A DNA stretch of 64,000 bases from Octopus bimaculoides. Taxonomy: Eukaryota. This document shows, piece by piece, positions 1 to 13,151 of the stretch. The notes beneath the pieces are model-generated. The model was given only the letters and a program-made list of their open reading frames with translations, was not told the DNA's origin and ran no database searches. The position numbers and the translations under genes were made by a program. Every line of letters begins with the position of its first letter. The stretch's first letter is position 1. The DNA is taken from assembly GCF_001194135.2 (NCBI RefSeq), contig NC_068982.1:32799449-32863448 (forward strand), written 5' to 3'.

Positions 1-789
1 ATATATATGCATGCTTATAGAAATATATATACACATATTTATAAATATTTTATATACATAAACACACACACATACACACACATACACACACAAACATATA
101 CATATATACACGCACGTGCACAAACACACACACACAAAGCTACATTATTTAAAGTTTACTGAACGGAGAATAAATAATTATGGTGTTTACCCATTATTAA
201 AGAGCGTGAAAGTTAATATAAAAAGAAACAAAAAATCATTCACCAATTGTATAATTTTGATGCTGGACATATATTGCAATAATGTATTTTTCTTTACAAG
301 AAATTAGTTTTAGATGTCTTCTTATAGCATTTCTGTAATTAGAATAATGTCTAAAACATCATCAAAACAGACATACGTGCTTGTAAGAAGGAAACCTGAT
401 ATTATGAACAAAAATATGTCTGCCGAAATCGTTATTGTTAAGTGTGTATGGTTCATCCTTACTCTCCGGCTATAATGTCTATGTCTTGTTGCCAACATTT
501 TAGTTTGCTGCATTTGATGTTACGAAGTGCAAACAAAACTTGTTAGTTAGGTTTTAAATTGTGTAATGCAATATGTAATGGTTATTTTAATAATAATTTA
601 GAGAGCTTCTAAATTCATATAAAATACAATATACAGATATACATATAAGAGAGAGAGAATATGGAAAAAAGACTGAAAATAGTTTTATTCTATATCTAAT
701 TACTCCTTATGGTAAAAAGCTAAATTTGTTTTTAATTAAACAAAAAATAGATATGTATATAAAAACTTGGTACCTTTTCAAACTTGTCT

Positions 790-835
<46 letters not shown>

Positions 836-881
836 NNNNNNNNNNNNNNNNNNNNNNNNNNNNNNNNNNNNNNNNNNNNNN

Positions 882-962
<81 letters not shown>

Positions 963-1116
963 TGAAACAAGAGGAAGTTGAGGTAAGTTAAAAGGCTAAA
1001 CAAAAAAGTTTAAGGCAGTTTAAGGAACATCAAATTTGAGATGAGTTTTACGTATGCTCACAAAAGTTTCCATGGGGTAATATGCATGCGTATGTATGTA
1101 TTTATGTATGTATCCA

Positions 1117-1843
1117 TGGCGTGGCTGCATGATAAGGAGTTTACTTCTCAAACACATGGTTCTTGGCCAATGGTTCACTGCACTTTGGCCGATTGTTTTC
1201 AACTGTAGCGCCGAGCCGACTAAAGCTTGTGAGTGGATTTCGTAGACGGAAACTGAAAGAAGTCCGGTATTAATATATTCTTTTATTCTTTTAGTTGTTT
1301 CAGTCATCTGACTGCGGTCATGCTGGAGCATCGCCTTTAGTCGAACAAATCAACCCCAGGACTTTTCAAAACATTGTCTGGTTTAAAAGGCCACATCAGA
1401 TGCCATGATGGTTCTAAGGTGTAGGTACAGGAGCTGGTCAAACTCTGCATAAGGAGTAGACAACCACCATAAATATATGTATACGACGAGTTTCTTTCAG
1501 TTTCCGACTGCCAAATCCACTCACAAGGCTTTGGTCGGCCCGAGGCTATAGTAGAAGACACTTGCCCAAATTGACACGCAGTGGGACTGAATCCGGAACC
1601 ATGTAGTTTGTGAGCAAGCTTCTTACCACACAGCCAATCCTGCACCTGTGTGTGTGTGTGTATTTGTGTGTGTGTGTGTGTGTGTGGTCCCTGTAACTTA
1701 GCGGTTCGGCAAAAATTATCTATAGATTAAGCACCAGGCTTACAAAATAAGTACAGGGTTTGAGACATTCGGCTAAAACCTTTCAAGGTGGTATCCCAGC
1801 ATGATCGCAGTTCAGTGACTGATGTACTAAAACATAAGACTGG

Positions 1844-1845
<2 letters not shown>
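1117..1845. mobile_element. Cluster of SINE family A pieces (1117-1268 +, 1285-1645 -, 1686-1845 +)
   Basis: Each piece is homologous to part of 42192-42622. Confidence 0.75.
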
Positions 1846-1881
<36 letters not shown>

Positions 1882-2743
1882 NNNNNNNNNNNNNNNNNNN
1901 NNNNNNNNNNNNNNNNNNNNNNNNNNNNNNNNNNNNNNNNNNNNNNNNNNNNNNNNNNNNNNNNNNNNNNNNNNNNNNNNNNNNNNNNNNNNNNNNNNNN
2001 NNNNNNNNNNNNNNNNNNNNNNNNNNNNNNNNNNNNNNNNNNNNNNNNNNNNNNNNNNNNNNNNNNNNNNNNNNNNNNNNNNNNNNNNNNNNNNNNNNNN
2101 NNNNNNNNNNNNNNNNNNNNNNNNNNNNNNNNNNNNNNNNNNNNNNNNNNNNNNNNNNNNNNNNNNNNNNNNNNNNNNNNNNNNNNNNNNNNNNNNNNNN
2201 NNNNNNNNNNNNNNNNNNNNNNNNNNNNNNNNNNNNNNNNNNNNNNNNNNNNNNNNNNNNNNNNNNNNNNNNNNNNNNNNNNNNNNNNNNNNNNNNNNNN
2301 NNNNNNNNNNNNNNNNNNNNNNNNNNNNNNNNNNNNNNNNNNNNNNNNNNNNNNNNNNNNNNNNNNNNNNNNNNNNNNNNNNNNNNNNNNNNNNNNNNNN
2401 NNNNNNNNNNNNNNNNNNNNNNNNNGAGAGAGAGAGAGAGAGAGAGAGAGAGTGAGAGAGAGAGAGACAGACAGACAGAAAAAGAGTGAATGAGTGAAAG
2501 AGTAGATATGTAATGTTCGTTTTCGCAAATACCGAACACGGACATAAATCATTGCCGAAATCAAATTATCCTCATAATTATTATTTAATTCGAATTCCGT
2601 CGAGGTAGCTTCGCCTTTGATTCTTTCTGAAAGTTCTGGAAACGATGTGATTGAAAGATGGATAGGACATTGTTTCTATCATTGGACTGAGGCCATGCTG
2701 GGGCACCACTTCGAAGAGTCGGTTTGTTCGATATATATATATA

Positions 2744-2866
2744 CAGGGTGTCCACAAAGTCTGGGTACATGGAGTAAAATCATAACATAAACAATTAAAT
2801 ATAAGAAATAATAATTTCTTTAAGTATATGTTAATCCCTATGTACCCATACTTTGTGGACACCCTG
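2744..2866. mobile_element. 123-bp Tc1/mariner-type MITE
   Basis: 27-bp TIRs CAGGGTGTCCACAAAGT(C/A)TGGGTACAT with 1 mismatch. TA on both sides (2742-2743 and 2867-2868). Confidence 0.85.
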
Positions 2867-2882
2867 TAAATATATATATATA

Positions 2883-2956
<74 letters not shown>

Positions 2957-4052
2957 GGAATTCCGCACAGTTTCTGTCTACCAAATTTACTCGCTAAGGA
3001 TTCGGCTTGTGATTAGAGTAGAAAACAGTTAACCAAGGTACTGCGCAGAAATACTGAACCCGAAATCGTGTGATTGCAAAGCGAGTTTCTTAACCATACA
3101 GCCATGTCTGCCGTTACATCTTATAAAATTTCAGGACTTTGCGTTCTTTGATAATTTCCATGAAAATCTAAAATAGGTGTGGCACTAGTCCGAGCAATCA
3201 TCTAGAAAGACACTCATGACAGATGTGGTAAGAAGCTATGGCGTAAAATTACCTTCTGCTTAATTAAAGTAATCTCAACTTCTCTTTTTTTTTTTTTTTT
3301 TTNNNNNNNNNNNNNNNNNNNNNNNNNNNNNNNNNNNNNNNNNNNNNNNNNNNNNNNNNNNNNNNNNNNNNNNNNNNNNNNNNNNNNNNNNNNNNNNNNN
3401 NNNNNNNNNNNNNNNNNNNNNNNNNNNNNNNNNNNNNNNNNNNNNNNNNNNNNNNNNNNNNNNNNNNNNNNNNNNNNNNNNNNNNNNNNNNNNNNNNNNN
3501 NNNNNNNNNNNNNNNNNNNNNNNNNNNNNNNNNNNNNNNNNNNNNNNNNNNNNNNNNNNNNNNNNNNNNNNNNNNNNNNNNNNNNNNNNNNNNNNNNNNN
3601 NNNNNNNNNNNNNNNNNNNNNNNNNNNNNNNNNNNNNNNNNNNNNNNNNNNNNNNNNNNNNNNNNNNNNNNNNNNNNNNNNNNNNNNNNNNNNNNNNNNN
3701 NNNNNNNNNNNNNNNNNNNNNNNNNNNNNNNNNNNNNNNNNNNNNNNNNNNNNNNNNNNNNNNNNNNNNNNNNNNNNNNNNNNNNNNNNNNNNNNNNNNN
3801 NNNNNNNNNNNNNNNNNNNNNNNNNNNNNNNNNNNNNNNNNNNNNNNNNNNNNNNNNNNNNNNNNNNNNNNNNNNNNNNNNNNNNNNNNNNNNNNNNNNN
3901 NNNNNNNNNNNNNNNNNNNNNNNNNNNNNNNNNNNNNNNNNNNNNNNNNNNNNNNNNNNNNNNNNNNNNNNNNNNNNNNNNNNNNNNNNNNNNNNNNNNN
4001 NNNNNNNNNNNNNNNNNNNNNNNNNNNNNNNNNNNNNNNNNNNNNNNNNNNN

Positions 4053-4107
<55 letters not shown>

Positions 4108-4759
4108 ACAATGCGGAGTTAATGATCATAAGTATTTATGCTCGCTTTCAGGAGATTTTGGCTTTTAGTTTTGGGAAATATGTTGTAAACCATATATTCC
4201 CCAATGTTACGGCTATATTTTCATTGCTATTCTGCACACACACAAACATACATACATACACAATTATATATGCAAAGATATATGTGTGTGTGTATATATA
4301 TATATATAGATAGATACACATGCACTAATATATGTACGTATTTACATGTATTCATCTATATATACATACATGTACGCACACCTACACACACAAACACCTA
4401 TACATACATTCTTATATGCTAATTGAGAAGATGTTCAGTCGTGACGTTCAAAGCACATAACTACACATAACTACTAAAGAGAGTTATTTATACTCTCTTA
4501 TCTGAGTGAGTTAGATACGTGGGGGTAATAACTACATGCATTACAGACCCCTACTAAAGCGGGGTTATATGAATATCTGGGTGTAGTTATTTGTAGTTAC
4601 GTTTCAGTTTTCATTTCTTGCATGCCGGTAGTTCTACAAATAATGAAGTGGATACTAAGACAGAATGTAATTAAGTGCTTAGTTAGTGATGTTAGGCAAC
4701 GAGGACCAGCTACCTAAAGTGGGGTTAGGTTGGAGTTGGGTTTTGTAGGCACGTTGGTA

Positions 4760-5480
4760 ACTGATCAGGCTATCTGATCAGATTTTGTGGAAGCGTGGAC
4801 AGGGAACGCTGACGGTAGTTAAATATTTAATGGCGCTGGCTTTCGCGGCCTGCCTTCGTTGTTCACCTGCAGTAATCTTGTAAGCTTTTTAGGTTTACAT
4901 ATCCCTGCGGACAGCTGATCCTCACTTGCCTCTATCCTGAGCTATCTGCTCACACATGACATGGCTGATGTTGAAGGTCTTCAAGCTTTTAAAATATCCT
5001 CGAAGCGGCTTTTCTGACATTACCCTGAACTCACCATTACCATCAATGAGCGACACCTGAATGTAATGGATAATTTTAGATGCCAAGTACTTTGTACAAA
5101 AACTGGGAATGCGACAATGTTGTTTCTGTTGCTTCGTCTCAAATCGGCTTTGAACAAACATGTATAATCAGCGGTAATAAAACCAAGACTTATACTACTG
5201 TTCGCTTTTTGATTTTAAGAGTATTATACTAGGGACGAAATGATCCAATGTAATTTTAATTAAAGACCACATTTTTGAAGTCTAATCGTAGATTAAGCTT
5301 ATTTGTAGATGGGTGACTCCAGTTGAAAGTGACTGCAGATAAGTGTGTTAAGGTAATTAGGCTCAAATATGTCATTGAGCTATGAGGAATGCATTGGTTA
5401 ATGCAATAGATCCTGCTGAAAGCGACAAAGAAATTTTAGCACTAAGGTGGGAATTGTTGAGTTGACACCAGAAGCAGGAA
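4760..5480 (-). mobile_element. Possible highly decayed LINE (CR1/L2-like) fragment
   Basis: Only weak peptide echoes (DHFVPSIIL; KAYKITAGEQRRQAAKASAIKYL). Frames are broken. Confidence 0.2.
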
Positions 5481-6574
5481 ATCTGTAACTATCAAAAACA
5501 AACCATCAGCAAGTAGATGGTTCAAAGTCAGTAAATGAAACCTTTTATTAGCGGAAATAAAACTTCAGTTAATTACAATGAACCATATAATATGTTCAAA
5601 TTTTAATAAAATATCATTAACCTATTATACTTTAAAACAAAAATTAAGTTGGTCATATGAAGGAACTTTTAATCCTTTGCGTGGAATTCATGTTGTTCAT
5701 GCAACACCCATAGACACACTGCACCTATCTTCATGGTGCTGGCCCTAATAATTTCAATAATACAAACACTGACAAGACAGTTCAGAAATAACAGGCACTA
5801 ACAGTCACTTATACATTCAGCTTAAGTAAGGCAGACTGTACGAAATAATCTCAACACAAATTGTGCTTTTAATGATATATCAGACTAGCAAACCTTATAG
5901 ATTGTTACTAAATGTTTATTTTCTTAAGTTCAACGCACAGTTTGTTTGTTGTTAGTGGGGTTGTTTTATTGTTGATTTTGTTTGTTTGTTGTTGTTGCTG
6001 TTGTTTTTTAAGTGATAGTTACTAATGCCACCCCAGAAAAAAAAAGCAAAACGAACGCATTCTCACACACAGTCACACATACATACTTATAGCACATGAA
6101 CATACCGCAACGAATATACAAATGCTTTGTATATTTCCACATCTAAATGCCACATGTCTGTTTGCTAAATCATGGAGTCAGTCATTTGTACTTGCGAATA
6201 AGCGCACTTATACTTGAAGGGATTCGTATATCCATTGTCCTAATGTCGGCGTAATATAGGTTTTTAGGTCAATGAGCGGGACACATCATATGGATCTGCT
6301 GACATGAAAGTTAAATTTTGCTTATGTAATTGTTTTCGTTCTTCCTTTCATTATTTCCTCTCTACTTCAAAGAAGAAACATAAATATACATAGATGTGTG
6401 TGTGTGTGTGCGTGTGTGTGTATTTGTGTGTGTGTATGTGTGTGTGTATGCAAACATGCATACATATGCATACGCACATAGATATACTTAAATATATATA
6501 TGTAAATATATGGATGTCTGAATGAATGTGCTTATGTATGTGTGTGTGTGCATGTGTGTATGTGTATGTGTGTG

Positions 6575-6615
<41 letters not shown>

Positions 6616-6871
6616 GTATTTATAGAGGCAAATGTAGAGGTGTACGTACATGCATATATATTTGCGTACGTACATGCATATATATATACAAACATGCATA
6701 TACACACACCTAACTAAGCAAGCATATACATATTCTAAATTTACCCTGTCAGCAAACTGTTGGCTCCTGTCCAATGTCATTCATTCTGACTGTTTTCATC
6801 AGTCCACATTTCTCCATTTGTCCGCACAATCTCTCTCGCTCTCTCCAAATCTTACTTTCAGCATGCATAAA

Positions 6872-6903
<32 letters not shown>

Positions 6904-7050
6904 CACACATATATATATATATATATATATAGGTAAAGTAAATGTTAGAGGTAATACTTGACAATTGTAAGCACCTGTGTATGCCAGCTTGTGGTCGGGG
7001 TGAACGAATAAATTGTAAATGCAAAAATAAAAACAAAACACAAAGGATTC

Positions 7051-7126
7051 TGCGGTACACGTGTTTCAAGCTTTATAGTTGTTACATCAGTGTATAATTG
7101 ACAGTATAAAGCTATCTTCAGCCGCA
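7051..7126 (-). ncRNA. Type I hammerhead ribozyme motif (identical mirror copy in the left arm)
   Basis: Exact reverse complement of 7382-7457. Confidence 0.8.
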
Positions 7127-7381
7127 AATGTATTCTCTCCCAAGAATTATATCACATAGACGTTAAAGGAGGAAGAAAGATGAGATATAAGAGGTGAGGT
7201 TCCGTTTAGTATTTTGCATTGTAATATACCTCGTAGAATTCTTAATTTGATATATTTATACATAATTTCCTCGGTACTCCGGAATCCGTCCGACGGATTC
7301 CGGAGTACCGAGGATAATTTTATCTCATCTTTCTTCCTCCTTTAACGTCTATGTGATATAATTCTTGGGAGAGAATACATT

Positions 7382-7457
7382 TGCGGCTGAAGATAGCTTT
7401 ATACTGTCAATTATACACTGATGTAACAACTATAAAGCTTGAAACACGTGTACCGCA
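7382..7457 (+). ncRNA. Type I hammerhead ribozyme motif
   Basis: TGCGG (stem I) - CTGAAGA (core) - T-AGCTTTATA...TATAAAGCT-T (9-bp stem II, 27-nt loop) - GAAAC - ACGT (palindromic loop III) - GTA (cleavage after 7452) - CCGCA (stem I). The only deviation is a U.U mismatch at 10.1/11.1. Confidence 0.8.
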
Positions 7458-7500
7458 GAATCCTTTGTGTTTTGTTTTTATTTTTGCATTTACAATTTAT

Positions 7501-7531
<31 letters not shown>

Positions 7532-8195
7532 TGAGAAGCGTGCACGCGCGTGTGTGTATTTGCGCGTGTGTGTGTGTGTGCGCGCGCGTAAGCAAACATA
7601 AATGCAACTCTAGCTTTCATTGCATATACATATATTTGTATTAGCAGTTTGTCAGTTATATCTGTGTTACCAGACGATTCATAGGTGCGATAAGCGCGTT
7701 TGATGGTTCAGATACAATCATAATGAGTGAGCAGTAGGTTGTCTACTACTTCTTTACAAGACTGATTTTCATTGGGTAATGTAAAAATCCCGTTCTTATT
7801 AGGCAGTTCGACTCATGGGTGCAGCCGATCATTCGAGGAATATTGGGTTTGGGTCCTAGAAACGGTTGTCGTTGAACACTAATCAGGCGTCTTCAAAAAT
7901 CTATCGAACCTATAGAAAGAACAAACCAGTTTAAAGCGAACAAAATCTGCTAATCATCAGACACATTTAGAAATCTTAGCTGCCTCACCACACAAGCATT
8001 AATGGATTTGAGTGAGCAGATATGCTTTTTGCATTTGCAAACCTTTTAGCAACATTTATTTGACTCAAAGTATTTATTCAAATATCTAACCCGGAATTGT
8101 CGGTTAAGCACTCCTTTTATTCCGTTTGTATCGTTGTATACAAAAAACATAGACGCAACTTTATCATGCAGTGATTTATTAGAACAACGCTCCTT

Positions 8196-8231
<36 letters not shown>

Positions 8232-8420
8232 TATATTCAATAAGACATTCAATACTTCTTTTCATTGTACCATCCATTTTTGTATTATATATTCCATACC
8301 CCACATTAATTTTACAAGAAAATAAATAAAACATAAAAAACAGACAGAGTTGGAACTCTTTTAATAAAATAATATATTCCTTTATACACGACCATACAAC
8401 CCCTCCTTTTTTGTATTTAT

Positions 8421-8454
<34 letters not shown>

Positions 8455-8822
8455 ATCTTTTACTTGTTTCAGGTCATTAGAGTGCGGACATGCTGGGGCG
8501 CCGCCATGAAGAATTTTTTTGTGGAATGAATGGACCTTAGTACTTATCTATTGTTAAGCCTGGTACTTATTCTATCGGCATCTTTGCCGAACCGCTAAGC
8601 TACGGACACGTTAACATATCAATACCGGTTGTCAAACGGTACTAGGGGACAAACAGACACAAACACACGCACACACACATACATATACACATAAAGATAT
8701 ATATACGACGGGCTTGTTTCAGTTTTCACCTACCAAATCCACCCACATGGATTTGGTCGGTCCGAGGCTATAAAAGAAGATACATGCTCAAAGTGCTACG
8801 CAGTGGAACTGAACCCGGAACC
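8455..8822 (-). mobile_element. SINE family A
   Basis: Reverse-complement homology to 42192-42622. The head is truncated by a neighbouring insertion. Confidence 0.8.
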
Positions 8823-9300
8823 CATCCATATTCGTCCGTCGGAGTTATGAGAACCATCTCGTCATCCTTAAGGATGACTTGGGCGGTTATTTTGAGTACA
8901 AGAGTTGCTCGCTGTCAACCACACTGTCTCGTCTGTCCCCGTTATTAATGATATCGCAAGATCAGATCAAGAGGACTGGGAATGAAAACAGATGCAGTGG
9001 GTGACCCAAATGTATTACTTCATTTTGTTTTCTGCACTCCCCAATGTGTTCCTGCAGCCGCCTTCCCTCCGTCGAGCTATGAAGGTCTCTTCCGTAGAGT
9101 CCGCCTGATCCAGTCTTCAAATGCATTGATAGTCAAACCCTAAGATGCTAATTAACCCATAACTGAGACCTTGATATGTGCTCCTACCCTGGATCAGAGG
9201 AAACCTAGGAACAGTAGTGGTTAAGAGCTGGTTTCACAGCACTCAAAAACTTGGGACTCCCGAGTCAGGGTCCCACAAGCGGATTTAATAGGACCCTGGT
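8823..9300. mobile_element. RTE-related non-autonomous fragment inserted at the head of a SINE
   Basis: Truncates the SINE at 8455-8822. It begins TTCGTCCGTCGGAG...TCATCCTTAAGGATGACT, reminiscent of RTE termini. Confidence 0.3.
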
Positions 9301-9899
9301 TTAATATTTATTTTTCATATCTAACTTGTTTCAGTCATTAGACTGCGGCCATGCTGGGGCACTGCCTTGATTTGTATAAATATTTGTATAAATAGTTTGA
9401 TTTACAGAAAGCATGTTTGATCATTTCGATCCAATAATACTGAGTAGTAAGGTAGTCTCTTCTAAATATAGCTAATGATTAGTATGTTTCGTTAGTATTT
9501 CAAATTCAATTGAAAATTACAAGCTTTAAGAATTTGTCGAACTCTATGATTCACAGAACTTTTGCTAGCCTCAATCGTAAATTTGTCTGCACAGAGAATG
9601 GAAAATGCACAAAAGCCTAAACAGAAATTTTCGAAGAAACTAAATTTTAGTATAAATAGGTATTCAACTTATCGAAAATGTTAATGGTTTTAAAGGGAGA
9701 ATTACAGCAGGTAACAGATTTATTGTGCAGTTCAATAAATACTCCCTTTTTAAGTATCGTACACACATCACTAGATATGAGTACGTCTGCAAGAGAATGA
9801 TTGAATAATTGTTGAAATTCACGATGTTAATAGAAAATAGAAACTTAAGGAAATCAGGTAACTATAATCATTCTGGTTTTGTTTCACCTCCTAATGCAA

Positions 9900-12140
9900 T
9901 GCGCTGTTTTTTGGATCACAGGCTGTAAGGACGACCTCACAAGTATGACAGGTTTCCTGTGCACTTATCACAAGTACAGCATGTGTATTTCAAGCAATTT
10001 CAAACCTTAGTTGGTTTTTCAAACCTTAGCTGGTTTATATGTCTCTTATGTTCACCGTGTAACCCTTTAATTGGATGTATCATACTTCTAATTTTTCTGG
10101 TAACAAGGCCATCTTCTCAGCCTTCTTTACCGCTTCTATAGGTTTTGAAATGCACTTTATGACCTAACACAATGTATTTCGTTGACTCTTTTGTATTTCT
10201 TTACGTTTTTTTTTCCCTGGTAAAGCTTATCAAAAATGGATTTTATTCTTCTTGCTAACATCAATTCTACGGGAGACTTCCTTGAAATTGTACTTGGACT
10301 GGGGGTTACTCTGTATATTCTTAAGAAATTTGTCAGTGCTTCATCGTTAATACATTCCTCGCTTTTCTTAACGCTCTCTTAAAGGTGACCACAAATCTTT
10401 CTACCTGCCCGTTTGACCTTGATGGCAGGGTGGAGTGAAAATATGCTTTATCACATGCCTTTTACAGAAGTTCTTGAATGCATACCCAGCGAACTGCGTT
10501 CCATTGTCTGAAACTAACGTGCCAGGGACACCGTATTGCGCGAACAATTCTTATAAGAACTTTATAGTTGTCTTAGAAGTTGGTCTATAGAAGCTGCAAA
10601 CCATCGGCCACTTAGTACAGCTATCTACTATGATTAGGTAGTAAGTGCCGTTTACCGATCCGGCATAGTTAATGTATAACCTAAACCATGGGTTCTCCGT
10701 CTCTGGCCACGATTGATATTTTACCGACGGGGTTTGACCGCGAGCGCACAATCTCGGCACGCTCTCACCAAGTTTTCGATATCTTGACCCATAGACGGCC
10801 AATAGACATAACTCCTCATCAGAACATTCATCCTTGCCATTCCTGGATGCCCGCTGGGTAATTGTTGCAATACACCTCTTTCTAATGTAGTTGGAACCAC
10901 CACTCTTTGTGTATACACCAGAATATCGTCGCAAATTGAAAAACTAGTGGCATCTGAATTTTCATTCTGTTTATTCTTTAAGTCTGCTTTTATTTTCGTA
11001 ATATACTCGTCAGCCACAGCTTTTATTCTTATATCCTGTGCCGTCACTGGTAGTTCTTGGATAACATTAGTCATAACACTTAATTTCACTTTCTGCCTGC
11101 AGTGCGGCTATAACAGTCTCTTCTAGTGGTTCCATATTTTTTTTAATTAATCTCGAAAGGCAGTCCGCATGACCGATTTTATTTTCGATAGAATGTATTG
11201 CATTTTGAAATTATAATTCAGTAATGTTACACCCCGACGTTGCAGGTAGTTCACAGTATGAATTGGTAACCCTTTTGTAGACCCTTAAATCGACTGCAAA
11301 ATTCTATGGTGTGTTTGCAATAAAAACTTCTGCCATCCAGAAACCTGTGACATTTTTTGCTTGAAAAATTATTGCTAGGGCCTCCTTTTCAATTTGAGTA
11401 TATCTTTTCTCTGCCGCTATTAGCGAGCACGAAACATGAACCACTAGTTTTGTACTTCCGTCTTCGTATTTATCAAGTAAAACTGCACCTAATCCATGCT
11501 CGGATTCCACTTTACTTCTTTTTTTTTAATAAGTCGATCAATGGAGCTCTTAACTTGTGCATATTAGGAATATAGCTTTGATAATAGTTTGCCAACTAAA
11601 TGCTTGTAAAGTTGGTATATTTGTTGATGCAAGCATACTTCTTATTGCGTCTGCCCTCGACGGGTCAGAACGTCTACCATTTTTATCAATTATTTGCCCT
11701 AAGTACTTAATTTGGGGTAGAAAGAATTCGCATTTTTCTTCACTCAAAGTGAACTCGAAAACTTTAATTTTCTCAGAAACAGGTTTTATGCGTTCCACAT
11801 GCTGTACAGGAGAGTTACTCTTGATCAAAATACCGTCCAAGTACGGGATTGCAAATTCACAATCAGATAACATAGTATCCATGCTTTGCTGGAATATTGC
11901 TGGTGCCACTTTTAATCCAAAAGGTAATAGTGTGTGTCTGTGCAATCCTCTGTGGGTATCTGTTTTCAAATACTTTAAGCATTTTTCATCTACTTTTATC
12001 TGTAAATAGGATTCAAACAGATCTAATTTGGAAAAAAATTCCCACCATTTAACTTTGAAAAAGTGTCCTCCGCAGTCGAGAGTGAACAGTGGTATGTTTT
12101 TAAGCAGTCGTTCAATCTTGTAGAGAAATTGGCACACAGC
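9900..12140 (-). pseudogene. pol: Gypsy pol remnant (RT, RNase H, integrase)
   Basis: RT: FSKLDLFESYLQI, LPFGLKVAPAIFQ, YLDG at 11832-11843 (catalytic YLDD mutated). RNase H: GLGAVL...AEKRYTQIEKEALAIIF. Integrase zinc finger: GHPGMARM..RSYVYWPSM..IENLVRACRDC. Integrase core: PWFRLYINYAG..YLIIVDSCTKWP, LVSDNGTQF, SNGQVERF. Confidence 0.92.
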
Positions 12141-12499
12141 CTAATCTTTTTTTTTTAATACATACCGTGGGTGCCGCCCACTTCGAGTAATCCACATTTT
12201 TGATGACTCCTCTCTTTTTCGAATTTAACCAACTCTTCTTTTACGGTTTCAATTGCCGCGAACGGTACTTTTGTTTGCTTTAAATACAGGTACAGCATTT
12301 TCACTTACTTGAAAATAGGCTTCCGTCGTCCTACATAGACTTAAATCCCCTGATAACACTTGTGTAACATTTCTTTTAATTTTTTCTTCGGTTGTTTCGT
12401 CGACAAATGTTTTGCCCATGAAATATAACTTATCGTATGTTACACTATGCGCTATTTTCGCTGTTTTACGTAATATCGGTTTACCAATTTTTTTTTTTT

Positions 12500-13151
12500 T
12501 TTCAATTATCCACATTTATAATAGAGATGTCACTACTTGTGTCTAATTGTAATTTGGTGTTCACATTTATTTTTACGTGCACGAATTTTCTTGTTTTTCC
12601 GTCACAATCACTCTCCGCTGAAAACACCTTAGAATTTTTTATGTTTGAGCCTTGTTGTCTTGTTATACAATGAGAACTCTTGTGTCCCAGCTTCTGACAA
12701 GTACAGCGCTTTTTGTTAAGTTCCAACACTCCATTCTGGTGATGAATAATGAACTTCTATCACAAAAAGTTTTGAAAGCAGTTTCTTGGAAACCAATCTC
12801 ACTCAACTTTTTGGACAGAATAAAATTACAGTAACCCTCATGTTTGGCAGGAGCTACTTTGCGTAGTAAAAGACTTACTGTCTGCTTCTCCGACCATGAC
12901 TTACACTCGGTGTTAAAAATTTTCTCGTATCTTCTATAATACCCAGGAAATGTCATATCCTCCTCCGGATTACACGTGAATTCAAAAATTACGTTAGCCG
13001 CGCTGTCTGTCGTAAATGAGCTTACTGGATATTCGGACTTCACCGACTGTAATTCAATTAATTGTTGTTGTAGTATTACTTTTTGCAATTCCTATAGTTG
13101 TTCCTGTTGCTTCTCTTGAAGCTGTACTACTGCCGCTAATAGGCTTTCCAT
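12500..13151 (-). pseudogene. gag: Gypsy gag plus aspartic protease remnant
   Basis: ATG at 13151 gives MESLLAAVVQLQEKQQEQL*. Also seen: EFTCNPEEDMTFPGYYRRYEKIF, zinc knuckle CTCQKLGHKSSHC at about 12667-12705, and protease motif LQLDTSSDISII at about 12530-12555. Confidence 0.8.

Larger units (their letters stand above)
7008..7500. mobile_element. Fold-back element with 180-bp perfect inverted arms (7008-7187 / 7321-7500), each carrying a hammerhead ribozyme; probable inverted pLTR of a Penelope-like element or a retrozyme-like derivative
   Basis: 7321-7500 is the exact reverse complement of 7008-7187 (checked base by base). A central 23-bp hairpin lies at 7268-7314. No ORF and no target-site duplication seen. 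The Penelope assignment is inferred from hammerhead-bearing inverted repeats being characteristic of PLE pLTRs. Confidence 0.75.
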
